Of a stretch of 64,000 nucleotides of DNA, positions 29,796-38,808 are shown in pieces (positions within the stretch are counted from its first letter, which is position 1; every line of letters begins with the position of its first letter). This DNA comes from Candidatus Binatia bacterium (GTDB lineage Bacteria > Desulfobacterota > Binatia > HRBIN30), in the NCBI GenBank assembly GCA_038245295.1, contig JBBRSP010000006.1, positions 128,001 to 192,000 of the forward strand. The letters run 5' to 3'. The translations under genes were made by a program, and so were the position numbers. The notes below the pieces were generated by a model. The model was not told the DNA's origin, ran no database searches, and worked only from the letters and a program-made list of their open reading frames with translations.

Positions 29796-31205
29796 TCAAC
29801 CCGCGCGTCGTTGCCGTTCGGCCGCGGCGTCGAGCAGGAGGCGCAACTCATCGTGCATCCCCTCGGTGATCGCATGCGGATCGGAGACCTGCTCGTGACA
29901 CGCGAGGAGGGCGCAGTACATGCGATCGCCGTAGCTCCAGACCGTGAGGTTGAGCCCGATTCCCTCCGACAGCGGTCCCACCGAGTAGAGCTCCACCAGC
30001 TTCGCACCGCTCCAGTAAAGCGGCACGCGCGGCCCGGGCACGTTCGACACCACGAGGTTGGACGGCGACGGATAGAAGTCGGCGAGGCGAAAGTAGGAGT
30101 GAAGCCGCTTCACCCATGTGTAAGGAAGCGGCGGCAGGTACTCCATCCACTCGCCCGCCGTCTGCCGTCCGATGACCTCGAGCTCGCGCTTCGCCTCCAT
30201 GGTGACGGCGCGGGTGGCCAGAAGGCGCTCGACGGGATCGGCGAGGTCGATGCGCAGCGCCGTCTGGAAGTACGCGACACGATTGCCGAACAAACGGGGC
30301 GCACCGCCACCCTGGTCGGCGCCCACCGGGATACTCGCAACCAGCGGCCGGCCCGTGAGCAGGCCGCGCCCGTCAAGCCAGCGCCGAAGCGAGCCGCCGC
30401 AGAGCGCCAGGACAATGTCGTTGAGCGTTACTCCAAACGCTTCCTTTACGCGCTTGCAGTCGTCGAGCGCCAGCGATGTCGTGGCGAAGACCCGGCGTGC
30501 CCGCAACGCGTTGTTGAAGGGCGTATGCGGTGTGTCGTAGCCGATCGGCACGGCGATCTCGGCGGCGCGCCGTGCGGCGATCAGTTGCCGCAGACCGCGG
30601 CTCGTGCGCGCCACCATGCGCGGCAGGCGAAACAGCAGGCGGATGTGGTCGACGGCCGCATCGCGCAGCAGACGCCCGGCCGACGGGACGGCATCGGGCT
30701 GCCATGGTTGGTCGGGAGACGACGGGTGCTCGGCGGCACTGAATACCGCCGTGTTCTGGATCAGCGCCGCGGCAGCCGTACCGTCGGCCATCGCATGGTG
30801 CATCTTGAGCACGGCCGCCTGGCGGCCTCCCTCGAGTCCCTCGAGCAACCACAGCTCCCACAGCGGATGCGAACGATCGAGCGAATGACTGGCGATCTCG
30901 GAGATCATCTGGTCGAGCTGGCGCGGGCCGCCCGGGAAAGGCACACCGGCGCGCCGGATGTGGTGGTCGAGATCGAAGTCGGGATCCTCGATCCACACCG
31001 GGTGGTGCAGTCGCAGCGGCACCCACACGAGGCGCCGCCGCAGCAGTGGCATCAGGTGCAGGTGCCGCGCCATGCCTTCCTTGATTTCGGCATAGCTCTG
31101 CGCCGGCACCGGCGGCTCGTAGATGGCTACCTTGAGAGTGTGCTGCTGTGTCGTGGGCGTCTCACGATAGAGGAAAAACGCGTCCTGCCCCGACAACCGT
31201 TGCAT
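29796..31205 (-). CDS. wax ester synthase/diacylglycerol acyltransferase (WS/DGAT)
   Basis: RLS..DA.FL..E, PLWE, catalytic HHAMADG and SNVPGP motifs. Confidence 0.92.
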   Translation of the reverse strand: MQRLSGQDAFFLYRETPTTQQHTLKVAIYEPPVPAQSYAEIKEGMARHLHLMPLLRRRLVWVPLRLHHPVWIEDPDFDLDHHIRRAGVPFPGGPRQLDQMISEIASHSLDRSHPLWELWLLEGLEGGRQAAVLKMHHAMADGTAAAALIQNTAVFSAAEHPSSPDQPWQPDAVPSAGRLLRDAAVDHIRLLFRLPRMVARTSRGLRQLIAARRAAEIAVPIGYDTPHTPFNNALRARRVFATTSLALDDCKRVKEAFGVTLNDIVLALCGGSLRRWLDGRGLLTGRPLVASIPVGADQGGGAPRLFGNRVAYFQTALRIDLADPVERLLATRAVTMEAKRELEVIGRQTAGEWMEYLPPLPYTWVKRLHSYFRLADFYPSPSNLVVSNVPGPRVPLYWSGAKLVELYSVGPLSEGIGLNLTVWSYGDRMYCALLACHEQVSDPHAITEGMHDELRLLLDAAAERQRRAG

Positions 31206-31444
31206 CACGCCCCCGCCGCCCCGAGCCCGAGGCCAAGCTTCCCCTCTCCCAGCTCGAATGGGTCCTGATCACCTGGGAGAGGGTTAGGGTGAGGGCCCGC
31301 CTGTGGAACCGTCAGCAAACCTCCGCGCACCCTCACCCCGGCCCTCTCCCGCCGTCGCCGCTTCCGTCCGATGCGAGCGAGGGGGTGCTGGCTCTTCATC
31401 ACGTATAAGCGACCGCTGTTCATCACGCCCCCGCCGCCCCGAGC
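31203..31444. repeat. BoxC/REP-like insert flanked by a 24-bp direct repeat
   Basis: CATCACGCCCCCGCCGCCCCGAGC at 31203-31226 and 31421-31444; internal GGGAGAGGGTTAGGGTGAGGG and CCCTCACCCCGGCCCTCTCCC inverted units. Confidence 0.8.
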
Positions 31445-33048
31445 GCCTGCTGCGCGACATCGCGCGCCCAGCGGTAATCCGCCTTGCCGGCCGGTGAGCG
31501 CGACATCTGGTCGACACAGATGATATGACGCGGCACCTTGTAGGCGGCGAGCCGCGCGCCGCAGTGGCGTCGCACGTTGTCCAGATCGAGCACGCCGCCG
31601 GCGCGTGACTGGACAACCGCCACAACCTGCTCGCCCCAGCGTCGATCCGCCACTCCAACGACTACGGCATCCACAACGTCGGGGTGAGCCTTCAGCGCCG
31701 CTTCGACTTCCTCGGGAAACACTTTCTCTCCGCCGGTATTGATGCACAACGAGCCGCGCCCCAGCAGACGGATTGTCCCATCGGGCTCGACCGTGGCGAG
31801 ATCTCCCGGCAGGGCCCAGCGTTGCCCATCCAACTCGACGAACGTGGCCGCCGACTTCGCCGCGTCCTTGTAGTAACCAAGCGGCACATGGCCGCGGCGC
31901 GCCAGGTGACCCACCTGCCCCGAGCCCGCTGTCACCGGTTGCAGCGCGTCGTCGAGAACCGCCGTCTCATCACTGATGCGAAACAGCGGCCCCCCTCCGT
32001 CCGCCGCCGCCCCCGCGTCGGCGTTGCGGCCGAGCTGCCCGGTCTCCGAAGCACCAAGCCCGTCGATGATGAGCCGCCCGGGCAGTAACGCCGCCAGGCT
32101 TGCCTTCGTGGTCGGCGAGAACAGCGCGCCACCCGAGGCGATGGCCAGCAGCGACGAGATGTCGGCATCGGCGCGGCGCGCCGCGAACGCGTCGATCAGC
32201 GGCACGGCCATCGCGTCGCCGACGATCACCAGGAGGTTCACCTTCTCACGCGCCAACAACTCCCAGATCGCCTCGGCGTCGAAGGCGCCGCCGCGAGCCA
32301 GGACAAGTGTGCCGCCGGAAAAGAACTCGTGGAAGGCGAGCCACTGCGCCGCCGCGTGGATGAAAGGCGCCGCCGGGAACGCGACCATCGACATGCCGAG
32401 CAAGCGGCCCGGAAGCTCTTCGGGTGAGCTGATGACCATGCCCATCTGCGCCGGGTCGCCGCCGCCCATCGCCGCGAAGAAGATGTCCTCGTGGCGCCAC
32501 ACCACGCCCTTCGGCCGACCCGTCGTGCCACCCGTGTAGACGATGTAGAGGTCGTCACCGCTGCGCGGCGCGAAGTCGCGGCGCGGCGATGCGCCGGCCA
32601 GGGCCGCCTCGTAATTGACAGCATTGTCGATCCCGACCACCGCGTCGCTGCCGTCGTCGACGACCACGACGTGCTTCAACCGCGGCACCTCGGATACGAC
32701 CGGCGCGACGTTCGGCGCGAAGGCTCGATGCACGACGAGTCCGACGAGGTCGGCGTCATCAAAGACGTACCGCAGCTCGTCGGCGACGTAGCGGTAGTTT
32801 ACGTTGATCGGCACCGCTCTCACCTTGTACGCCGCGAGCATGCCTTCCAGGTACTCGGTGCCGTTGTGCAACATCAGCCCGATGTGATCGCCGGCGCCGA
32901 TGCCGAGACTCAGAAAGTGCTGCGCCAGTCGATTGATACGTTCGTCGAGCTGGCGATACGTCAGCCGCCGCTCCGCTGCGACAATCGCCTCACGGTCCGG
33001 AACCGTGTCGACGATGCTCTCGAAGAGGTCGGCAAGGTTGTAGGTCAT
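31423..33048 (-). CDS. acyl-CoA synthetase (FadD19-like)
   Basis: MTYNLADLFE start; YTGGTTGRPKGV.W, INTGGEKVFPEEVE and RSPAGKADY motifs. Confidence 0.92.
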   Translation of the reverse strand: MTYNLADLFESIVDTVPDREAIVAAERRLTYRQLDERINRLAQHFLSLGIGAGDHIGLMLHNGTEYLEGMLAAYKVRAVPINVNYRYVADELRYVFDDADLVGLVVHRAFAPNVAPVVSEVPRLKHVVVVDDGSDAVVGIDNAVNYEAALAGASPRRDFAPRSGDDLYIVYTGGTTGRPKGVVWRHEDIFFAAMGGGDPAQMGMVISSPEELPGRLLGMSMVAFPAAPFIHAAAQWLAFHEFFSGGTLVLARGGAFDAEAIWELLAREKVNLLVIVGDAMAVPLIDAFAARRADADISSLLAIASGGALFSPTTKASLAALLPGRLIIDGLGASETGQLGRNADAGAAADGGGPLFRISDETAVLDDALQPVTAGSGQVGHLARRGHVPLGYYKDAAKSAATFVELDGQRWALPGDLATVEPDGTIRLLGRGSLCINTGGEKVFPEEVEAALKAHPDVVDAVVVGVADRRWGEQVVAVVQSRAGGVLDLDNVRRHCGARLAAYKVPRHIICVDQMSRSPAGKADYRWARDVAQQALGAAGA

Positions 33049-34484
33049 TCGTCGGTCGCCCCACGCTGCTCGGCCAACACACGCAACTCGGTGACCGCGG
33101 CGCCGAACCCCTCCGCCAGATCCCACACGTCGGGCACCGTATCGCGGGCCGCGACGACACCAAAGTCGAGCCGCCCCATGTTGGACAGCACCGTGATGTT
33201 GAGACCAACACCGTCGGCCACCGGCCCCATCGGGAAGGTGGCGAGCACCTGGGCGCCAGCGAAGTAAAGCGGGATCGGCGCGCCACGCATGTTCGAGACG
33301 ACGCAGTTCCACGGCAGCGTCAGGCGGTCGGCGAGCTTGAGCGATGTGAACAGTTGCGCCGCCGCATGGACCATCGGGCCGGGAGCCCAATCGAGCCAGC
33401 CGATCATGATTTCCGGATGTGATGCCTCGAACGCCCGCTTCGCCAGCTCGGTCTCTTCCTGAACCCGTCGCACGATATCGGCCGGATCGGCGAGATGGGT
33501 CGGCAGGTGCACCGTCATGACCGACACTTTGTTCGAGAACTGCCGCAGCTCGGCGTCGGACTTCACCGAAACCGGCACCGCACACGTAAGCGGCTGCACC
33601 GGCAGCGCGTTACGCGCCTCAAGATAACGCCGCAGCGCCAGCGTACACGCCGCCAGCACGGCATCATTGATCGTCACACCGAAGGCGTTCTTGACGAGCT
33701 TGAGATCATCGAGCGGCGCGCTGCCGAAGGCGACGCAGCGATCCGTGCCGGCCGAGCGGCTCCACGGGGTGGTCGGTGAGTCGGGGAAGAGAGAGGCGAC
33801 GCCTCCGGCCCACACGTTTTCTAAAAAGCTGACGGCACTGGACCGCGCCAGCTCCACCAGGTCGCGCGGATCGCGTCGGTTGGCGAGTGAGCTGCTCAGC
33901 AACTCCCAACCCGACGGCAACGGCCCCGGGTGGAAGGGCGGCGCCGGCGGGCTGCTGGCACCGGCTTCGAAGTCGAGCAGATTCGCCATCTGGCTGGCGC
34001 CCGAGGCTCCGTCGATCATGCAGTGATGCAGCTTGGTGACAACCGCCCGGCGCCCGTCCTCGAGACCATCGACGAGCCACATCTCCCACAGCGGTTTGCT
34101 GCGATCGAGGGGTTTGACGGCGATCTCCTCGACGACTTCGGCAAGCTCGCGCATCGTTCCGGGGCGCCGCGCCACGGTGCGGAATACGTGGTCTTCGACG
34201 CGGAAGTCAGGGTCGTCGGCGAGGACAGGGCTGCCGAGGCTGAACGGCACCTCGAGCAAGCGCTGGCGGAACGGCGGCATCAGATGGATGCGCTTCTTCA
34301 CGTGGCTGATGATGTGCGCGCGGTTGAAGTGGCCGCCCGGGACGGTGGCCGGATCGAGGATCAGCGTGCCCAGCGTGTGCATGAGCATCGTCGGTGTCTC
34401 GGCGTGGACGAAGATGGCGTCCTCTCCGGAGAGACGTCGCGGTTCGCTCGGAGTCGATGCCTGGGATCTTGAGCGGGAAGCCAT
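33045..34484 (-). CDS. wax ester synthase/diacylglycerol acyltransferase (WS/DGAT)
   Basis: RLSG.DA.F...E, PLWE and HHCMIDG motifs. Confidence 0.92.
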   Translation of the reverse strand: MASRSRSQASTPSEPRRLSGEDAIFVHAETPTMLMHTLGTLILDPATVPGGHFNRAHIISHVKKRIHLMPPFRQRLLEVPFSLGSPVLADDPDFRVEDHVFRTVARRPGTMRELAEVVEEIAVKPLDRSKPLWEMWLVDGLEDGRRAVVTKLHHCMIDGASGASQMANLLDFEAGASSPPAPPFHPGPLPSGWELLSSSLANRRDPRDLVELARSSAVSFLENVWAGGVASLFPDSPTTPWSRSAGTDRCVAFGSAPLDDLKLVKNAFGVTINDAVLAACTLALRRYLEARNALPVQPLTCAVPVSVKSDAELRQFSNKVSVMTVHLPTHLADPADIVRRVQEETELAKRAFEASHPEIMIGWLDWAPGPMVHAAAQLFTSLKLADRLTLPWNCVVSNMRGAPIPLYFAGAQVLATFPMGPVADGVGLNITVLSNMGRLDFGVVAARDTVPDVWDLAEGFGAAVTELRVLAEQRGATDE

Positions 34485-34496
34485 GGGTCGTTCTCC

Positions 34497-35423
34497 TTAG
34501 GGCGCGGCAGCGGCGCACGCGGCGGCGCCTTCGGTTGGCAACACATCCGCAAGACACGGCGCCGCCTCGAACTTGCTGTGGCGAGTCGCTGACGCGGAAG
34601 AGCGTTTCCGTGGAGCGAGTTGGGCGAGCACAGCGGCGGCCATCGCCGTCTCGAAGCAAAGGTGGTGGCGGCCGTTCATGAAGTGCCCGGAGCACGCGAC
34701 CTTCACCTGGTGCGCCTGCGGCAGAACATCGGCCACGGCGGCGGCGTGACGGCTCGGGATCAACGCGTCGAGCTCGCCCCAGACGAAGGTCGACGGGATG
34801 CTCACCTGGGCCAGGCGTGTCCATGTGCCGTCGCGTCCGAAGGCGGGGTCGAGCCCCATCTCACGCGCCGCCGAAAGGAAGTGTGTGCGTGTGGCCGGAC
34901 ACGAAAGGTAGTAGGCGACGCGCACGCTGGCGCGCGCCAGCCAGTCGTTTTGGAGCTCCGGACGCGCGTCGAGCATTGACGAGATGCGCTGCAACAGCGG
35001 CCAGGCCCATTCAAGTGGAATTCGTTCCAGAGCCTTTGGGTTCATCCACCGCACAGCCGGCTGCGCCCAAGACGGCTCCCGTGCGGGCAGGAACGGCGCC
35101 ACCATGACGAGGCCGCGGAAGACGCGTGGTTCACGTAGGACGGCTTCCAGGGCGACGCGCCCGCCCATCGACATGCCGAGAATGACCGGACGCGTCTTGA
35201 GACGGCGCGCCAGCTCGATCACCGGCGTCGCCATGAGTGCCGCTGTGAGCGGCGCGTCGGGTCCGGGCGTGCGACCAAAGCCCGGCAGATCGGCGGCAAT
35301 CGTGTGCACGCCGCGCCGCGCCAGCAGGCGCCCAACGCCGCCGAAGGCGGTCGATTCGAGGCATAGCGGATGGAGCATGATCACCGGGCGCCCCTTGCCC
35401 CACTCCTGGGTGAACAGTGTCAT
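34497..35423 (-). CDS. alpha/beta hydrolase
   Basis: DLPGFG, GMSMGG nucleophile elbow, WG..D and catalytic His (SGH). Confidence 0.88.
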   Translation of the reverse strand: MTLFTQEWGKGRPVIMLHPLCLESTAFGGVGRLLARRGVHTIAADLPGFGRTPGPDAPLTAALMATPVIELARRLKTRPVILGMSMGGRVALEAVLREPRVFRGLVMVAPFLPAREPSWAQPAVRWMNPKALERIPLEWAWPLLQRISSMLDARPELQNDWLARASVRVAYYLSCPATRTHFLSAAREMGLDPAFGRDGTWTRLAQVSIPSTFVWGELDALIPSRHAAAVADVLPQAHQVKVACSGHFMNGRHHLCFETAMAAAVLAQLAPRKRSSASATRHSKFEAAPCLADVLPTEGAAACAAAAP

Positions 35424-36340
35424 ACCGCCACCTCCCGCGCCGTGGTGCGCACGAAGTTGGCGACGAGAAGCGGCCAGGCGCGCACGTCGTCGAGGGTTTC
35501 GGCGACGTGCATGTCGGAGCGCGGCAACAACTCGCTGAGTCGCGCCGCGGTCGACACCGGGTGCGTCGGATCGCCGCGCCAGGCAAGGATGAGCGCCGGC
35601 ATGTGCAGTTGGGCGAGCTTAGTCGGGTCGGGCAGATCAGAGTCGGCAGCACCGCGCATGGCCGTCATCACCGCGTCCGCGTCGGCGTGCGCCAGGGATT
35701 CGACCAGGGCGCCCTGGAGGGAAGCGACCGGGCTGTTGCGGCCGGGGCCGGGCAGCGAGGCGAGGAGGCGGAACGGCGTCAGTCCGGTCCAACCGACCAA
35801 AGTACTGGCAACGCGGTAGAAGGCCGCCTGCCGCGGCCGCGTCTCCCAGGCTGTGGGCGGAGCGACAAGCACCAGACCGGAAACACGTTTGGGTGCCGCC
35901 ACCGCCGCATGCAGCGCCGTGGCGCAGCCCATGGAGACGCCGCCGAGGACGGCATGCGGCGCGGCGAACGCATCGAGGAGCCCGAGCATGTCGAGAGCCA
36001 ACTCGGGCCAGCGCAAGTGGGAAGGATCAGAGTCGAGTGCCGAGCGCCCGTGCGAGCGTGCATCGTAACGGATGAGTCGCGCATGCGCCGCAACCGCCGA
36101 CCAGTCGAGGAGCCGCACCGCGTCTTCCTGCGCCATGCTGCTGAGGAGGCCATGAGCCCAGACAAAAACGCGCCCCTTGTCGGCAGCGATTTTGCCCCCG
36201 GACTGACGCGTCGCCAATTCGACGCCGCGCACGGTTGCCCGGCCAATACGTTGTGGCTTCTGGCGCGTCGATTTTCGGAGCGCGCGATTCAATACGCCCA
36301 TACTGTGCAAAGCACGTGGCCGGCCAGGAAGGGTTAGCAC
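35420..36340 (-). CDS. alpha/beta hydrolase
   Basis: HG, YDARSHG and GVSMG motifs; true start may be downstream (about 36301). Confidence 0.82.
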   Translation of the reverse strand: MLTLPGRPRALHSMGVLNRALRKSTRQKPQRIGRATVRGVELATRQSGGKIAADKGRVFVWAHGLLSSMAQEDAVRLLDWSAVAAHARLIRYDARSHGRSALDSDPSHLRWPELALDMLGLLDAFAAPHAVLGGVSMGCATALHAAVAAPKRVSGLVLVAPPTAWETRPRQAAFYRVASTLVGWTGLTPFRLLASLPGPGRNSPVASLQGALVESLAHADADAVMTAMRGAADSDLPDPTKLAQLHMPALILAWRGDPTHPVSTAARLSELLPRSDMHVAETLDDVRAWPLLVANFVRTTAREVAV

Positions 36341-36420
36341 CGCCGCCGGTGCGCCGGGCTGCGCGGCTTTGTCAGGAATCAGAACCCCGGACGTCCGCGT
36401 TGCTAGATGCCGGAATACGT

Positions 36421-36495
36421 CGCAGGCTAAAGCCTGCGCCTACCGGTTCGATTCCACCTGCATAGGAGCTTGGTAGGCGCAGGCTTTAGCCTGCG
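36421..36495. repeat. GTAG-type REP doublet (perfect 24-bp inverted repeat)
   Basis: CGCAGGCTAAAGCCTGCGCCTACC (36421-36444) and its exact reverse complement (36472-36495). Confidence 0.85.
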
Positions 36496-36538
36496 GTCAG
36501 CTGAGCATCGGTCGACTCACCTTCAGTTACGGCACCCA

Positions 36539-37300
36539 CTATTGCATCGGCGCCGCGACAGTCTCGGCGGTCGGCCCAAACTCCCGCGCATCACGATTGG
36601 CGGCGGCGTAACACAACAGCACCTTTTTACCGGCTGGGATCGTCACTCCCCGCAGATCGACATCGCCCGTCGCCGTGCGCGCCAGGTTTTGCACCGGCGA
36701 GGTCAGGCGCAGTAGCTCTTCGACGGCGCCGGGGATGAGCTCGCGGTTACGCACCAGCTTGGCGCGCTGCTGCGGATGTTCGGTGAGCAGACAACAGGCG
36801 CCCGACAACATCCCGGCGATGGTATCGTTGCCACCGGTGATCATCGTGAAGGCGAAGCCGAGAATACGCGCGATCGACACGGTGTCTTCGCCCAGCCGCG
36901 TCAGATCGGAGACGATATCGTCGCCCGGTGTGATGCGCCGCCGCTGCACCAGGCCGGCAAAGTAGCCAAGCAACTCGGCGAACGGTTCGCGCGCAATGCG
37001 CGGATCACCACCGGCCGCCGCCTGCACGATCGCTTCGGTCCAACGATCAAACAAAGCACGATCTTCCTCCGGCACGCCGAGGTAGTGAGCGACGACATAA
37101 CTCGGCAGCGGCTTGAACAGTTCGGCGACAATGTCGGCCGCGCCGACGGCGCGCATCGCCTCGATGCGGTTGATGACGAAGCGCCGCACCGCAGGCTCGA
37201 TCGTCGCCACCTTGCGCGGCGACAGATCTCTGGTGACCAGGCGCCGGAACTCTGTGTGCTGCGGCGGATCGAGAAACACCATCGGCACCGCGGCGCCAAG
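36539..37300 (-). pseudogene. cytochrome P450 fragment
   Basis: DPP.H...RR, GGNDT (I-helix), EELLR and AANRD motifs present; N-terminus and heme-binding FG.G.H.C motif absent. Confidence 0.8.
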
Positions 37301-37380
37301 CGCCGGCCACGGTCGATACACACGGTCACATGCTCGCGGCTCCCGTTGGCTCGGCCGGCAATCCAGCATAAAGGAACGCC

Positions 37381-37782
37381 ATGGATTCCTCGAAAGCAAC
37401 CAACCTCTTCCTGCTCATCCTCGGCGTCATCTTCCTACCCTATGGGGTGTACTGCTTCTTCGCCCCCGGCTTCCTCGCCGAAGCAGCCGGCGTCGCCGGC
37501 ACGACGCCAACCGGGCTGACCGAGATTCGCGCCATGTATGGCGGCTTGCAGAGCGGTTTCGGACTGCTGCTCCTCGCCGCCGCGCGCGACCCGCGCCTGT
37601 CTCTCGCCGGACTCGCAGCCATCGCCTTCGTCCTCCCAGGTCTCGCCTCGGCACGCCTGCTCGGCGTCGTCTTTGAAGGCGGCCTGTCGGGTTACACCAT
37701 CGGCGCGCTGATCCTGGAAATCAGCTCGAGCGCAATCTCATTGACCCTGCTCCGCGCACGTCTCAGCTCGACGCGGCTGTAG
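37381..37782 (+). CDS. DUF4345-like small membrane protein
   Basis: Four TM helices, EIRAMYGGL motif, RBS AAGGA. Confidence 0.75.
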   Translation: MDSSKATNLFLLILGVIFLPYGVYCFFAPGFLAEAAGVAGTTPTGLTEIRAMYGGLQSGFGLLLLAAARDPRLSLAGLAAIAFVLPGLASARLLGVVFEGGLSGYTIGALILEISSSAISLTLLRARLSSTRL

Positions 37783-37876
37783 TCTCAACCCTCCTGTGTA
37801 ACATGAGCTGGTGAGAGCAAGCCGCCCCCCTCTCCCAGCTCAACAGAATCGGCGACCTCCGGGAAAGGGTCGGGGG

Positions 37877-38184
37877 CAATGTCGTTAAGTTAGCGAGAGA
37901 AGTGCGTCGTCCCGGCCTCCGAGTCTGTCGACTTTCTCTGATTCATCGTTTGAAACAGCGCAAACACCCCCGTCATACCGGCGAAAGCCGGTATCTCCCC
38001 AGCATTCTTGGCCTTCCACTCGAGGAGATCCCGGCTTTCGCCGGGATGACGTTGCTTCATTTTGGTTTTACGACAGTCTCTTTCGCCGGAATGACGTTGC
38101 TTCATTTCAGTTTATCGACAGTCTCCGCCGCCGGGATGACGAGGCTCCGCATTGGCCCTCACCCTCGCTAACTTAACGACATTG
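37877..38184. mobile_element. MITE/non-autonomous IS4-family-like remnant
   Basis: Perfect 21-bp terminal inverted repeats CAATGTCGTTAAGTTAGCGAG (37877-37897 and 38164-38184); no transposase; imperfect flanking repeat GGGTCGGGGG/GGGTCCGGGT. Confidence 0.7.
37906..38141. repeat. composite CGTC-type REP element, copy 1
   Basis: GTCATACCGGCGAAAGCCGGTATCTC and GAGATCCCGGCTTTCGCCGGGATGAC units; near-identical to 42448-42637. Confidence 0.8.
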
Positions 38185-38268
38185 GGGTCCGGGTGGGGGC
38201 AGCTCTGCGGATCCATCCAGCACATGGAACCCCAGTAATCGCCTGTTCCGGCCCCGCGCCGCCCGAGC

Positions 38269-38680
38269 TCACGCCACCAACCGATACACCGGAGGATACT
38301 CCCCCGGCACCACCTTCATCCGCCCCTGCTCGACGAACGATCGCAGCAACCTGTCGAGCACGGCGACGAGCGGCGCGTCGCCGTGCAACTCAAAGGGGCC
38401 GTTCTCCTCGATGGCACGAATGCCATTCTCCTTGACGTTGCCGGCGACGATCCCCCAGAACGCTCGACGCAGTGTTGCCAGCGCGTGCGGCGGCTTTGGC
38501 ATTGTCGATGTCACTGCCCGAGTTGAGCACCGCCAGCGTACACTTGCGAAACAGCGAGGACAGGCCGCCCTGCCCCGAATCGAGCAGCTTGGCGACCTCG
38601 GCCTGCGACAGATTTTCGAGACTACCCTGCGGCGTGACCCGCGCGTCAACCGCTTCCGGAAGAAGGATACTGGCTTCCAC
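38269..38680 (-). pseudogene. ppnN: nucleotide 5'-monophosphate nucleosidase PpnN (YgdH) remnant with large internal deletion
   Basis: N-terminal P.GSLE.LSQ.EV..LFRKC.LAVLNSGS..DN joined out of frame (about 38495) to C-terminal LRRAF.GIVAGNVK..GIRAIE..GPF..LL.SFV.Q.RMK. Confidence 0.8.
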
Positions 38681-38808
38681 GCAAGCAACATGCTCCCAGG
38701 AAGAGGCGCGGCGCAACTGCCGAACATCGGCCATCGGGCCTTATGCTCCGTCTCCCGCATCGGGCCGAAAAGCTTCCCTTCGATAGCCGGCTGTGGCAGC
38801 ACGTACCG

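Noticed and set aside
6492..33585. Long N-terminal extensions in the ORF track (6492, 19195, 21075, 28525, 33585) suggesting fusions
   Set aside because: The extensions overlap neighbouring genes in other frames; internal starts with an RBS or stop/start overlap fit better.
58..36337. Many long antisense or alternate-frame ORFs (for example 58-954, 13573-14583, 29781-31268, 35417-36337)
   Set aside because: They are shadow ORFs expected in high-GC DNA, Arg/Ala/Pro-rich and overlapping well-supported genes.
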